A stretch of 58,491 bases of DNA from Nitrospiria bacterium (lineage in GTDB: Bacteria; Nitrospirota; Nitrospiria; SBBL01; JAADHI01), in assembly GCA_046756865.1 (NCBI GenBank), contig JBHHXE010000002.1, positions 1 through 58,491 on the forward strand, given 5' to 3'. This document shows, piece after piece, positions 49,401-58,077 of the stretch. The notes beneath the pieces were generated by a model, which was not told the DNA's origin, ran no database searches, and worked only from the letters and a program-made list of their open reading frames with translations. The position numbers and the translations under genes were made by a program. Each line of letters begins with the position of its first letter. The first letter of the stretch is position 1.

Positions 49401-49677
49401 AGTACAGCGATCTGTCCGGGTGAGGGTTCGTCCAATCTTCATGAGTACGCTCACGAGTGTCTTTGGCATGTTGCCCCTGGTGCTCTTCACCGGACCAGGC
49501 TCAGAAATTTACCGCGGCATCGGCAGTGTTGTGGTTGGCGGCCTCGCCCTCTCCACCCTGTTTACCCTCTTTCTTGTCCCCGCACTCTTCAGTTTGATGC
49601 TCGACATTGGGAAATGGGCAACAAGAAGCAAAGCTGTCGAAATTCCGTTGGATAAAGGAGAGATCTTCGGAAAATAA
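46483..49677 (+). CDS. efflux RND transporter permease (AcrB/CzcA superfamily)
   Basis: 1064 aa. N-terminal FIREMINRPVTVTVGVILVLLFG, 12 TM segments and two large periplasmic loops. Confidence 0.9.
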   Translation: MKFIREMINRPVTVTVGVILVLLFGLIALFKIPVQLTPEVIKPEITVDTFWRGASPIEIETEIIERQEEQLKAIPGLVEMTSESRDSRGAIVLTFQTGTDLEGALLQVSNRLDQVSDFPPDADRPLLRTVNVGSSAIAWFILKPNAQNKKDINTYHDFAEDFIKARFERVPGVAISNVFGGKEREMQVRIDPDRIAAFNITILDLISALKRENTDISAGDFDEGKRRYIVRTLGKYRSPHDIEEVVIKAVEGKRIRVGDVAEVKLGFKKPQRTVRQNGDPSVAVNALQESGANTLKVMEGLREAVKDLNTGILKDKGLHLNQVYDETDYIVSSIALVKKNLIAGGFLAVIVLILFLRSGSSTLIVATAIPISIIGTFLILRLLGRNLNVVSMAGMAFSVGMVVDVAIVVLENIYRHRQMGKDRALAVIDGMREVWGAVLASTLTTIAVFLPIFFIEEQVGQLFRDIAIAISASVFLSLIVAMTVIPTFASRIIEGATQPEGTGKTDLMHKLFGIVPLASKISDGIANLVYRICRRPILAFGVVAGLTLFSIGLAWFLMPKAEYLPEGNRNLVIGILLPPPGYNLEEVRTIGEGIEADLRPYWEKDSLNPLPTDPEGPAITNFFYVASGRQVFMGLRTEEPERIREMIPVMQQSLRKIPGMIAIVLQSGLFSRGLGAGRSIDVEFSGPELGKLVDLGRRAFGQLMGLMPQAQIRPIPSLDLGNPEVQVIPDPIRMADMKLSASDLGRTIDALLDGTKADDYFEEGERLDLVVLGLDRFNGQTQDLEQLPIRTPAGRIVTLDALADVVITNGPEQVNHVERDRTISISVVPPISFSLQEAMETIKEKVIMPMKAQGSLHSPYRVALKGTADDLLVTRNAIQWNLILAAVITYLLISSLFESFFYAFVIMFSVPLAAGGGFLGLWMVNKFISYQTFDILTMLGFIILIGTTVNNAILIVHQALVYIREEGEAAVRAVQRSVRVRVRPIFMSTLTSVFGMLPLVLFTGPGSEIYRGIGSVVVGGLALSTLFTLFLVPALFSLMLDIGKWATRSKAVEIPLDKGEIFGK

Positions 49678-49777
49678 ATATTGACACCCCATTTTTTGTC
49701 GGGTTAAACTACCTTTCAACCAAGCAGAACGGATTCGACTTCCGGCATCCAAAATCATGAAAAATTGGAGAAAATAG

Positions 49778-50227
49778 ATGACTGATAAGCAAATTAAAGC
49801 AGAAGCACATTGCGACGGGCCGTGCGGTGTTTACGATCCTTCATCCATTCGGGTCGCGGCGGAAGCCGTGCTGTCCATCACCAAGAAAATCCACAAGCTG
49901 GAGTGCCCGGGAGCCGAGGGCTCGAGCGAGGCTAAAATTGCTTTCCAGAATACCCTGGCGCGCTTCATCCGCATTAAGGAAGAGCAGGCTGAGCTGGCAA
50001 AACGGGAAATTCTGATTCTCTGGACAGATTATTTCAAGCCGGTGCATCTTGAGAAGTTTCCAAATCTGCACGATACTTTCTGGAATGCGGCCAAGCTCTG
50101 TTCATCCTGCAAGCAGGAGTGCAGTGTCGAACATGGCGAAGCATTGATGGCGGCAGTCAAAGAAATCCATACCATGTTCTGGCAGTCCAAAGGCCGGGAC
50201 ATCCCTTGGTATATGGCCTCTGCCTGA
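49778..50227 (+). CDS. sodN: nickel superoxide dismutase precursor
   Basis: The Ni-hook HCDGPCGVYDP sits directly after a 10-residue propeptide (MTDKQIKAEA). Four-helix-bundle length. Confidence 0.85.
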   Translation: MTDKQIKAEAHCDGPCGVYDPSSIRVAAEAVLSITKKIHKLECPGAEGSSEAKIAFQNTLARFIRIKEEQAELAKREILILWTDYFKPVHLEKFPNLHDTFWNAAKLCSSCKQECSVEHGEALMAAVKEIHTMFWQSKGRDIPWYMASA

Positions 50228-50251
50228 GACATTCCGGGCTGTGTTTATTGG

Positions 50252-50287
50252 AGAACCCCGCCTTTTCAGGGCGGGGTTCTTGTTTTC
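50252..50287 (+). terminator. rho-independent terminator between sodN and sodX
   Basis: An 11-bp stem agaaccccgcc/ggcggggttct with a 7-nt loop, then TGTTTTCTG. Confidence 0.75.
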
Positions 50288-50299
50288 TGTAGGTGTTTC

Positions 50300-50596
50300 A
50301 TGCAGCAATTTGCCGAAGTTCTTATCTCCGGTGACAGCATGTTGCCGATCATTAAGAATGGCGATTCTGTTCGAGTCGACTTGCAGGCCTATGCAAAGCG
50401 TCAACCCCAAATCGGTGAAATTGTTCTCGTCCGGCATCCCTTCGTGAAAGACCTGCGCATGGTCAAACGCATTGCCTCCATCGATAACGGCCGCTACATC
50501 GTCCGGGGTGACAATCCCAGGGCAAGTACGGACAGCCGCAGCTATGGAAGTTTGGCAGCAGATCAGATTCTCGGCAGGATTTGTTCATTTAGGTAA
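50300..50596 (+). CDS. sodX: S26-family peptidase, nickel-SOD maturation protease-like
   Basis: GDSMLP (Ser nucleophile) and MVKRI (Lys) motifs. 98 aa. Adjacent to sodN. Confidence 0.75.
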   Translation: MQQFAEVLISGDSMLPIIKNGDSVRVDLQAYAKRQPQIGEIVLVRHPFVKDLRMVKRIASIDNGRYIVRGDNPRASTDSRSYGSLAADQILGRICSFR

Positions 50597-51026
50597 GAGA
50601 TAGCCTGTCGGAATATTTTTGAACTTCATGCGGAACAACACCTCCCGAATAACCTATCCATAGATCCCAGGATTTATCCCCAAAACCAATACCTATTCCA
50701 ATCAGATTTAAAACAAACCCCATCTCCAATGAGTTATATTGGTCATTCCCTTCAGGGTAGAACCTAAACCCAATTACCACTAAAAAATACACCTCATTTA
50801 GTCTTTAAATTCAACACTTCAACCGATTGAATAAAGTATTAGAAATGCTAGTATTTATTGATACTAATCTTATAGATCCAATAAATAAATTAATAATATA
50901 TCTATGATATTTGTGATCGTAAGGTTCCTGATGCTTAAGACTATCTATCTACAGGGCACGCTTTATCAACATCAGGCACGAAAAGGTGATCTATTCATAC
51001 AGGATATTTAAAAAATAGGAAAGTAA

Positions 51027-51674
51027 ATGAACTCTAAGTTTGGAAATAAGCGGGGAATTGGCGGGTTTTCAAGGAAACTGGCTCTATTAAGCATTGGGAT
51101 TCTATTATCAGGATGTACTCACATCAGCACCCTTAAACCCACAATGAATCAAAGTAGAGATATCGTTAAGATCCCAATATCTGTTGGTATTTATTACAGC
51201 CCTGAATTTAAGACCTACAATCAAGATCGCAAAACCGGTCCTCACCGCTGGGTCATTCCTCTAGGTCAGGCAAGTGTAGCCGCGTTTGATCAGGCGATTA
51301 AAAAGGTCTTTGATAGAACGATCCATGTCTCTAGTCGCCCTCCTTTCACTCACAATAATTATAAGGTCGATACCGTAATCGAACCAAAAATAGAACATTT
51401 TAATTTCGACCTTCCATTGTTTATGGGGACATACTCTGCAGAAGTTGTATACCGAATAACCCTTTACTCATCAGATGGCACCCCATTTATATCCTGGACA
51501 GTGCGAGGTACAGGGGAAAGACCCTCTGGTTTTGATTACCTAACTCATGCGACTCCAATCGGCGAGGCAACTGATTTGGCCATACAGGGTGCAATCACAA
51601 AGTTTATGACAGGTTTTTCTGATGTCCCAGAGGTAAAAAACTGGCTGCGAAAGGAAAAGACCTCAGGCCATTGA
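51027..51674 (+). CDS. lipoprotein, hypothetical
   Basis: Signal peptide with lipobox LLSGC. An AT-rich gene in an AT-rich islet. No family recognised with confidence. Confidence 0.6.
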   Translation: MNSKFGNKRGIGGFSRKLALLSIGILLSGCTHISTLKPTMNQSRDIVKIPISVGIYYSPEFKTYNQDRKTGPHRWVIPLGQASVAAFDQAIKKVFDRTIHVSSRPPFTHNNYKVDTVIEPKIEHFNFDLPLFMGTYSAEVVYRITLYSSDGTPFISWTVRGTGERPSGFDYLTHATPIGEATDLAIQGAITKFMTGFSDVPEVKNWLRKEKTSGH

Positions 51675-51718
51675 TAAAGCTATCCGTTGGTACACCAACT
51701 AAGCAAAGGAGACCAGAA

Positions 51719-52351
51719 ATGCGAAATCATCTGCTTTTTTATATTGTTCTCTTTAATGCACTTTCCGGGTGTGCATCGTACAAAGCAACCCAGGCCCCTA
51801 TGCCCGAACCTGGGAATATGATGGCTTGGAAAACGGAACAAAAGGTGGATGTAGGCGTAAATCCTTACATTAGCCCAAAGGATCAAAAACAGTTTTTTGG
51901 TGCCAATATAAAAGATAAAGGCATCTTAGCGATCCAAGTATATCTAAAAAACAATGGAAAGAGAGTGATGCTGGCCCGTCCATCTGACATGCTCCTGAAA
52001 CTACCCCAAGGGAAGGAGTTGACTTCTGCCAGAACAAGCGAAGTCGTTTCGAAACTTCAAAAGTCAGGGAGTTTTTGGGGAACATTCTTCTTTGGCTTTA
52101 TTGGTATGATGGCTGCAGAATCGTCAAATGATAGGGCTAATGCCTCCATGCTATCTGATTTCAGGAACAAGGAATTTCATGAAGTGCGTTTAAAAAATGA
52201 CGATTCCACACATGGATTTATCTATTTCGTAATTCCTGAGCAACACAGCGACGATCCTGATGCTACGCTATTGGTTCGGGTTGTTGACGCAGAGGAAGCG
52301 ACAAGCATCGTAATCAAGTTGCCTATTAAAATCGCCGATAACAAAAAATAA
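51719..52351 (+). CDS. lipoprotein, hypothetical
   Basis: ATG 51719 lies 7 nt after AAGGAG. Lipobox ALSGC, plus an internal hydrophobic segment (FWGTFFFGFIGMMAA). No family recognised. Confidence 0.6.
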   Translation: MRNHLLFYIVLFNALSGCASYKATQAPMPEPGNMMAWKTEQKVDVGVNPYISPKDQKQFFGANIKDKGILAIQVYLKNNGKRVMLARPSDMLLKLPQGKELTSARTSEVVSKLQKSGSFWGTFFFGFIGMMAAESSNDRANASMLSDFRNKEFHEVRLKNDDSTHGFIYFVIPEQHSDDPDATLLVRVVDAEEATSIVIKLPIKIADNKK

Positions 52352-52486
52352 ACTATACGAATTAACCATCTTTTTAAACAAACTACCCCTTCTTCCAGGC
52401 ACAACACGGTCAGTGAAGCACGGTTGTAGAGGTCTTGAATCTCCATTTTTACTGGATCCAAAATTTTTCCGCCTTAACTTGCCGTA

Positions 52487-52867
52487 TCACTTTCGACTGG
52501 CAAGCCGAACCACCCTCCCCCGAAACATCCAGACATAAATGCCAAGATTTATTCCTAATACAAGAAACCCGAGTGTAACCTGTAGTCGTCGGGTCAGGAT
52601 GACTGGATAGAGGATCGGGAGAAGGTAGTGCTCGATAAAACCGGTACTGTACCCGGCAGCACCACCCATCTCACGGAGCCAGTTCTCCAGCGGCGTGAGC
52701 GGGCAAAGCCCTCCGAACAATGCTATTCCTGCCGCCCACACCACGGCCGGGAGGTGCAGCCAGGCCCATCCCTTTATCCTGAATACGAGGGTCCCGCCCA
52801 ATACCACAAATAAAACAAAGCTCAGGTGGACAAGCAACACAAGATCGGCGAGAATGCGATAGAACAT
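52487..52867 (-). CDS. DUF2784-like membrane protein
   Basis: 126 aa with 3-4 TM segments. Contains LADLVLLVHLSFVLFVVLG and CPLTPLENWLR. Confidence 0.65.
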   Translation of the reverse strand: MFYRILADLVLLVHLSFVLFVVLGGTLVFRIKGWAWLHLPAVVWAAGIALFGGLCPLTPLENWLREMGGAAGYSTGFIEHYLLPILYPVILTRRLQVTLGFLVLGINLGIYVWMFRGRVVRLASRK

Positions 52868-52888
52868 TTTTTCGCTTCCCCCTCTCTA

Positions 52889-54073
52889 TCAGATAACACC
52901 GACCTCCTTTGCGACCTTTTTGAATTTTTCCAGAGCAAAGGCCAGGTCGGCCTCGTCATGCGCCGCAGAGATCTGAACACGTATCCGGTCTTCGCCTCTC
53001 GGAACAACCGGGAAAGAAAAAGGGACAACATAGATCCCTTCCTCAAGAAGACGTTTTGCCATCTCTTTCGCACAAATCGGATCTCCGATTAAGACCGGGA
53101 TAATAGGATGGAACCCCGCTTTGATCTGAAGACCGATCGCCGTGATCTCTTTCCGAAAAAATGTAGTGTTGGCCCGGAGCCGTTCTTTTCGCTCAGGTTC
53201 TTTTTCCAGCAGATCAAATGCAGCAAGGGCGGCCGCAGCAATCATGGGCGGAAGAGCGTTTGAAAAGAGATAGGGACGGGAGTGCTGCCGGAGGAGGTCG
53301 ATCAATTCGCGACGGCCTGAGACAAACCCTCCCGAAGCCCCTCCCATCGCCTTACCCAATGTGCTGGTAATCAAGTCCACACGACCCATCACGTTGCAGT
53401 GGTCTATTGAGCCGCGTCCTCCATCCCCCAAGAATCCAGTCGCATGAGAGTCATCGACCATCACAAGCGCCTCATATCGCTCCGCCAGCTTGCAGATCTC
53501 CCTCAGGGGGGAGATCTCCCCGTCCATCGAAAAAATGCCGTCGGTCGCGATGATCCGCATCCGGTGATTCTTTGTCTCCTGGAGTTTTTCTTCCAGGTCC
53601 TTCATATCCATATGGTGGTAACGGAAACGCGCCGCCTTGCACAGGCGGACGCCATCAATAATAGAGGCATGGTTCAGGGCATCGGAGAGGATCGCATCTT
53701 CTTCCGAAAAAAGGGTTTCAAAAAGGCCCGTATTTGCGTCGAAGCATGAAGAATAAAGTAAAGTGGCATCGGTATTCAGAAAGGTACTGATCCGTGCCTC
53801 CAATTGGATGTGAAGGTCCTGGGTCCCGCAGATAAAGCGAACTGAAGCCATGCCATACCCGCGCTCATCAAGCGCCTGCCTCGCGGCCCGTATCAGATCG
53901 GGATGGTCTGCCAGACCAAGGTAGTTGTTTGCACAAAAGTTCAGAAGACGACGCCCTCCGATGAGGATGTGAGCACCTTGGGGGGAGGTAATCGGCCACT
54001 CCTCTTTTGTGAGGCCGGAGCGCTTGATCTCCCCCAGTTCAGCGCGGACAATTTTCCTGACCTCTTCATTCAT
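52889..54073 (-). CDS. kbl: glycine C-acetyltransferase (2-amino-3-ketobutyrate CoA ligase)
   Basis: Alpha-oxoamine synthase pattern (FCANNYLGL, DDSHATGF, PLP-Lys in STLGKAMGG). 4-nt overlap with tdh. Confidence 0.9.
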   Translation of the reverse strand: MNEEVRKIVRAELGEIKRSGLTKEEWPITSPQGAHILIGGRRLLNFCANNYLGLADHPDLIRAARQALDERGYGMASVRFICGTQDLHIQLEARISTFLNTDATLLYSSCFDANTGLFETLFSEEDAILSDALNHASIIDGVRLCKAARFRYHHMDMKDLEEKLQETKNHRMRIIATDGIFSMDGEISPLREICKLAERYEALVMVDDSHATGFLGDGGRGSIDHCNVMGRVDLITSTLGKAMGGASGGFVSGRRELIDLLRQHSRPYLFSNALPPMIAAAALAAFDLLEKEPERKERLRANTTFFRKEITAIGLQIKAGFHPIIPVLIGDPICAKEMAKRLLEEGIYVVPFSFPVVPRGEDRIRVQISAAHDEADLAFALEKFKKVAKEVGVI

Positions 54074-55143
54074 CTTCTTGCTCCTCTTTTCTTCAGGAGT
54101 TGGGAATTGGGATAGAGGACAACCTTTGCCGCTTCTCTCGGGTTTGCCTCCATCATCTGGAAGCCTTTTTCAAAATCTTCAAAAGGAAGATGGTGGGTCA
54201 GGACCGGACCTGGATCGAGTCGTCCGGTGTTCAGCATCCCGGCCATCTCAAACCAGGTTTCAAACATTTTGCGGCCATTGATCCCATAGAGTCGGATGCC
54301 TTTAAGGATAATATCTTCATTAAAATCAATTGAAACCGATCGCGATGGCAGGCCAAAGGCTGAAAACCGTCCCCCCTTCTGCACCATTTTCAAACCCTCT
54401 GAAATGGCTTTTGGGTCTCCTGTCATTTCGATGACCACGTCAAGACCCGACCCCGAAGTCTCATCCATGATCGCCTCAACAACGTTCACCTGGTCAGGAC
54501 GATAGACCACGTCTGCCCCCATTCTACGACCGATCTCCAGGCAAAGGGGATTGAGACCCGTCAGCAAAATTCGGGAAGCACCGGATGCCCGCGCCACTGC
54601 AACGGAAAAGAGGCCAACCGGCCCGTCTCCCAGGATGAGCACCTGCCGGCACGCGACCGTTTCAACCCCGGTCGCATAAATGGCATTTCCCAAGGGGTCC
54701 TGGATGGAGGCAATATCAGGAGGGAGAGAGGCCTCATTTTTCCAGAGACTCCGTTCCGGAATCGCAACGTACTCCGCAAAACAACCGTCCCGGTCCACTC
54801 CCAGGATCTCCAGATCATCACATAGATGTGGACTCCCCCGCAGGCAAGTCTCACAGGCGAGACAAGGGATGTGGCTGTCAGACGAAACAAAGTCGTCCGG
54901 GCTAAAGCGCACAACGCTTTCTCCGACCTCGACAACCCGCCCGGAAAATTCATGACCTATGATTTGAGGAATCGCCTCGACCCGGTTCCGGGCCCAGCCA
55001 TCCCAACGATCCAGATGGAGATCAGTCCCGCAGATGGAAACCACATCGACCCGAATGAGCGCTTCATCCGCTTTTGGAGAAGGAATCGGGACCTCGTGCA
55101 TCTCCAGGCCCTTCCCTGCTTTGGCCTTGATGATCGCTTTCAT
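54070..55143 (-). CDS. tdh: L-threonine 3-dehydrogenase (Zn-dependent)
   Basis: Zn-ADH motifs (ICGTDLH, GHEFSG, CLACETC) and Rossmann motif GDGPVG. Operon with kbl. Confidence 0.85.
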   Translation of the reverse strand: MKAIIKAKAGKGLEMHEVPIPSPKADEALIRVDVVSICGTDLHLDRWDGWARNRVEAIPQIIGHEFSGRVVEVGESVVRFSPDDFVSSDSHIPCLACETCLRGSPHLCDDLEILGVDRDGCFAEYVAIPERSLWKNEASLPPDIASIQDPLGNAIYATGVETVACRQVLILGDGPVGLFSVAVARASGASRILLTGLNPLCLEIGRRMGADVVYRPDQVNVVEAIMDETSGSGLDVVIEMTGDPKAISEGLKMVQKGGRFSAFGLPSRSVSIDFNEDIILKGIRLYGINGRKMFETWFEMAGMLNTGRLDPGPVLTHHLPFEDFEKGFQMMEANPREAAKVVLYPNSQLLKKRGARR

Positions 55144-55173
55144 TGGCTTCCCTCAACCCTCTCTCGTCTACTA

Positions 55174-56418
55174 TCATAATACCATTTTCCCTTTTTTGAT
55201 AACCTTATCGACATGGTTCAGCCCAAAGTAGTAAGGGAGCTGTTGATAATGATCAATATCAAGAAGGAGCAGGTCGGCCTGCTTTCCGACCTCAAGACTC
55301 CCAACCCTGGAAGCCATGCCGATCGCATGGGCCGCGTTAATCGTGGCGGCTGCGATCGCTTCCGACGTCGATAGACCAAGGTTACGAACAGCGAGGTGAA
55401 TCATTTCCTGCATCGAGAGAGAAGGACAGGAGCCGGGGTTGAAATCACTCGCCAGGGCAATCGGGACTCCGCCCTCAATCAATGCGCGTGCCGGGGGAAT
55501 CTCCTTCATCCGGAGAAAGTGTGAAACCCCAGGAAGGAGGACGCCAACCGCGCCGCTTTCAGCCAGGAGCGGAATTTCATTCTCCTGAATGGCGTCAAGG
55601 TGGTCCACAGAGACCGCCCCGAATTCGACGGCCAGGCGGATACCCCCCTGGTCTGAAAACTCACCCGCATGAAGCTTCACCTGATAACCCGTTATCAATG
55701 CCTGCGCCAAAACACGTCTCGTTTGCGCATACGAAAATGCGCCCTCCTCGCAGAAGACATCACAAAACTGTGCCCCCGGTTTCACTTCAGACAACATGCC
55801 GATCACCAGGTCAACATAGGCATCCGGGTCATTTAGATACTCTCTCGGGATGGCATGCGCGCCCAAGAAGGTCAGAACCACATCAAGCGGCGTCTCTTCT
55901 TTTAATTTCTGAATTACCTCTAAGAGCTTAAGCTCGTTTTTTTGATCAAGCCCGTATCCGCTCTTGATCTCCACCGTTGTCGTCCCATGGGACAACATCT
56001 TTTTCAAAGTTTTCTTTGCCCGATTGAGAAGGTGTTCAGGAGAGGCTGCGCGTGTCGCATCAACCGTCCTCAAGATCCCGCCTCCTTTTTCCAAGATTTC
56101 CAGGTAGGAAACCCCTCGCATCTTCTCTTCCCATTCCCCCTCGCGGCTTCCGGCAAAGACGGCATGGGTGTGGGGGTCTACTAGGCCGGGCATCACCACC
56201 TTTCCTCCGGCGTCGATCTCCAGCTTCGCCCGGCCAATCTGCCGATACGCCGCCTCGCTTCCAACCCAGGCGATCTTTTCCCCTGAAATCCCGATGGCCC
56301 CGTTCAGGATCAGGCCGACATCAGCCAGCTCAGCGCGTCGCTTCGGATGCGTGCTTGCCCCGGACAGGGTAAGAAGCTCACCGCAACGGATGATGGCTAT
56401 GTCGAAAATGGTAGACAT
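55174..56418 (-). CDS. hutI: imidazolonepropionase
   Basis: Amidohydrolase motifs (GLVDPHTH, HAGEF, ASDFNPGS). 414 aa. Confidence 0.9.
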   Translation of the reverse strand: MSTIFDIAIIRCGELLTLSGASTHPKRRAELADVGLILNGAIGISGEKIAWVGSEAAYRQIGRAKLEIDAGGKVVMPGLVDPHTHAVFAGSREGEWEEKMRGVSYLEILEKGGGILRTVDATRAASPEHLLNRAKKTLKKMLSHGTTTVEIKSGYGLDQKNELKLLEVIQKLKEETPLDVVLTFLGAHAIPREYLNDPDAYVDLVIGMLSEVKPGAQFCDVFCEEGAFSYAQTRRVLAQALITGYQVKLHAGEFSDQGGIRLAVEFGAVSVDHLDAIQENEIPLLAESGAVGVLLPGVSHFLRMKEIPPARALIEGGVPIALASDFNPGSCPSLSMQEMIHLAVRNLGLSTSEAIAAATINAAHAIGMASRVGSLEVGKQADLLLLDIDHYQQLPYYFGLNHVDKVIKKGKMVL

Positions 56419-57254
56419 AATTTCTCCCTTTCTTCCTCATCTCTTAAACCAAAACAATTACAGTGCTCCTGCAACCCGACAGCGCTATAATTCTGCTCAT
56501 GGAGCAAGATCTTTTGCCAATACATATTATGTCGTGGAGATGAAGACATGTCGACTCTACCGGTTAGCTGCCTTCTTTTTCTTCAGAAGAGTTTTTTGAG
56601 ACGAGCCATGTCGATTGGTTCGTTCTCAAATGCCATCGACTGGAGAACCCATTCCAGAAAGGTCTTTCGGTGCGCTACGGCCAATTTCTCTGACATATTG
56701 TGCCGTTTCTGCCCTTTCTTTAGCTTTATGTTTAACTTAGTGAGATTAATAGACTCGTAACTTGGTGATTCCATTAAGATAATTATCCCATGTCTCGATC
56801 TTGGAGACAAGGACCCGTATCTATTCGAATTGAAGCATCTTGCTACTCTGGAGCATAGGCCCCTGTTCATATAATTTCTATCCTGTTCTGATGCTGGTCC
56901 AGGACGGTTAATACAGAATTAAGAAAGCGGCTTAGATAAATCTCACCCCCGCCTCTTTTTCTTATCCTTCTGAGTTTGCGTGAAGATGCTTTGCTGTTCT
57001 CAATAATCGTTTCCCTGACTGCTCCTAGAGAAGACGTTATTCAGAGTATTTGGTCGTAAAGAAAAAACGGGGTAAAAGACAGGTTTAGCTTAAAAGGAAA
57101 GTTTATCTTACTAATCTTCAACTTCAATGGGCGAAGGGATTGTTGGTTGCGGAGAGAAAGTGACGCGCGAGTTAACCCGCCGCGCCACAGGCCCCAAGCT
57201 AAAATTGACAGCGCAGATTCGCGGTCTGTGTTGAGCGACGGGTTATATGCCGCT

Positions 57255-57587
57255 TTACCCGTTTACTGAACGCTTAAGGATTTCAGACACCCACTGATTT
57301 ATGCTTTTATCTTCGGCTTTTGCGCGTACTGCAATATCACTATGCAACCTAGGCGAAATTCTGAGATTAAACTTCCCCGAATACTCTTTAATCGGGTTAA
57401 TCCCTTCCTCTTTACAAACCTCAAGAAAAACCTTCAATGAATTCTTAAACTCCTTTCGAAGGCTCGCCGGACTTTTTCCATAAAAATCGGCACCTCCGTT
57501 TAGCCCAAGAATCTCTCCTCGAAATTGATCAAGTTCGGGATCATATTCAATCTTTGCTTTGTACCCATCGATTTCCATGACGTTCAT
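57255..57587 (-). CDS. hicB: HicB-family antitoxin
   Basis: The sequence MEIDGYKAKIEYDPELDQFRGEILGLNGGADFYG...YSGKFNLRISPRLH...SINQWV is typical of HicB with a C-terminal RHH-like segment. ATGA overlap with hicA. Confidence 0.8.
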   Translation of the reverse strand: MNVMEIDGYKAKIEYDPELDQFRGEILGLNGGADFYGKSPASLRKEFKNSLKVFLEVCKEEGINPIKEYSGKFNLRISPRLHSDIAVRAKAEDKSINQWVSEILKRSVNG

Positions 57588-57838
57588 GGCTTCACCTCAT
57601 ATAATTCTAACCATTTTCGAATACTGGCAATTGCCCCTTTATCTGTATTCGGAGAAGGGTGGGGCCTGTGAAATACACGAACTTCCCCGAAAAGGACTAC
57701 GGAAATACGAGATCCTGCTCTTTCTGAAATATTCGCACCTAGTGCCTTAAACAATGATTCAACATCTGCCCATGGGATATTTCCACTGGTTGGTCGCTTA
57801 AAGATTTGACCAAGAGTTTTCTGATGTTTGCGCTTCAT
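57584..57838 (-). CDS. hicA: HicA-family mRNA interferase toxin
   Basis: The pattern HQKTLGQIF..P.SGNIPWADVESLFKALGA...GSRISV...FHRPHP is typical of the longer HicA subgroup. ATG at 57838 (the ORF track uses TTG at 57841). Confidence 0.75.
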   Translation of the reverse strand: MKRKHQKTLGQIFKRPTSGNIPWADVESLFKALGANISERAGSRISVVLFGEVRVFHRPHPSPNTDKGAIASIRKWLELYEVKP

Positions 57839-57847
57839 CAAACGAAT

Positions 57848-57866
57848 AGTACCATATTACGGTACT
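57848..57866. promoter_or_regulatory. palindrome upstream of hicA (possible operator overlapping a TAATAT -10)
   Basis: AGTACC-atattac-GGTACT. On the minus strand the spacer contains TAATAT. Confidence 0.3.
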
Positions 57867-57898
57867 AAATAAAACCCAGAGTCATATGAGGTATCTAA

Positions 57899-58077
57899 CG
57901 GGTGCCGGATGAGCCGCGAGGATGGGAGCATGGGGCCATGGTTTTTGGCGCCGTGCTTCCACCGCAGTCGGCTCTATTGGCTTGATAGGTGGAACGTCTT
58001 GTGCGCTCCCCGTAGCAGGCCAATAGAGTGAAACTCATCCGGCACCCGATAAGTGGAGCACGAAGCGGTCCACTTAT
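57899..58077. other. highly structured inverted-repeat element between hutU and hicA
   Basis: Perfect 15-bp arms (57899-57913/58034-58048) enclose three further perfect helices: a 10-bp helix (57972-57981/58019-58028), a 7-bp helix (57957-57963/57988-57994) and a 6-bp helix (57924-57929/58005-58010). These cross one another. A 9-bp hairpin follows at 58049-58077. Confidence 0.5.

Noticed and set aside
50589-50792. 67-aa minus-strand ORF (GIGIGFGDKSWDLWIGYSGG) at the edge of the AT-rich islet
   Set aside because: It could be a remnant of a beta-barrel or autotransporter-like gene, but it is too short and unsupported to call. It also overlaps the sodX stop region.
57999-58010. GTGCG string suggesting a group II intron 5' end
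   Set aside because: No domain V-like sequence, reverse-transcriptase ORF or intron-length structure follows. This is a coincidental pentamer.
57892-58048. Possible integron attC site: ATCTAAC fits the R'' consensus RYYYAAC next to the 15-bp inverted repeat beside a TA cassette
   Set aside because: No matching R' (GTTRRRY) follows the right arm. There is no integron integrase or cassette array in the window, and the arms are perfectly paired without the extrahelical bases typical of attC.
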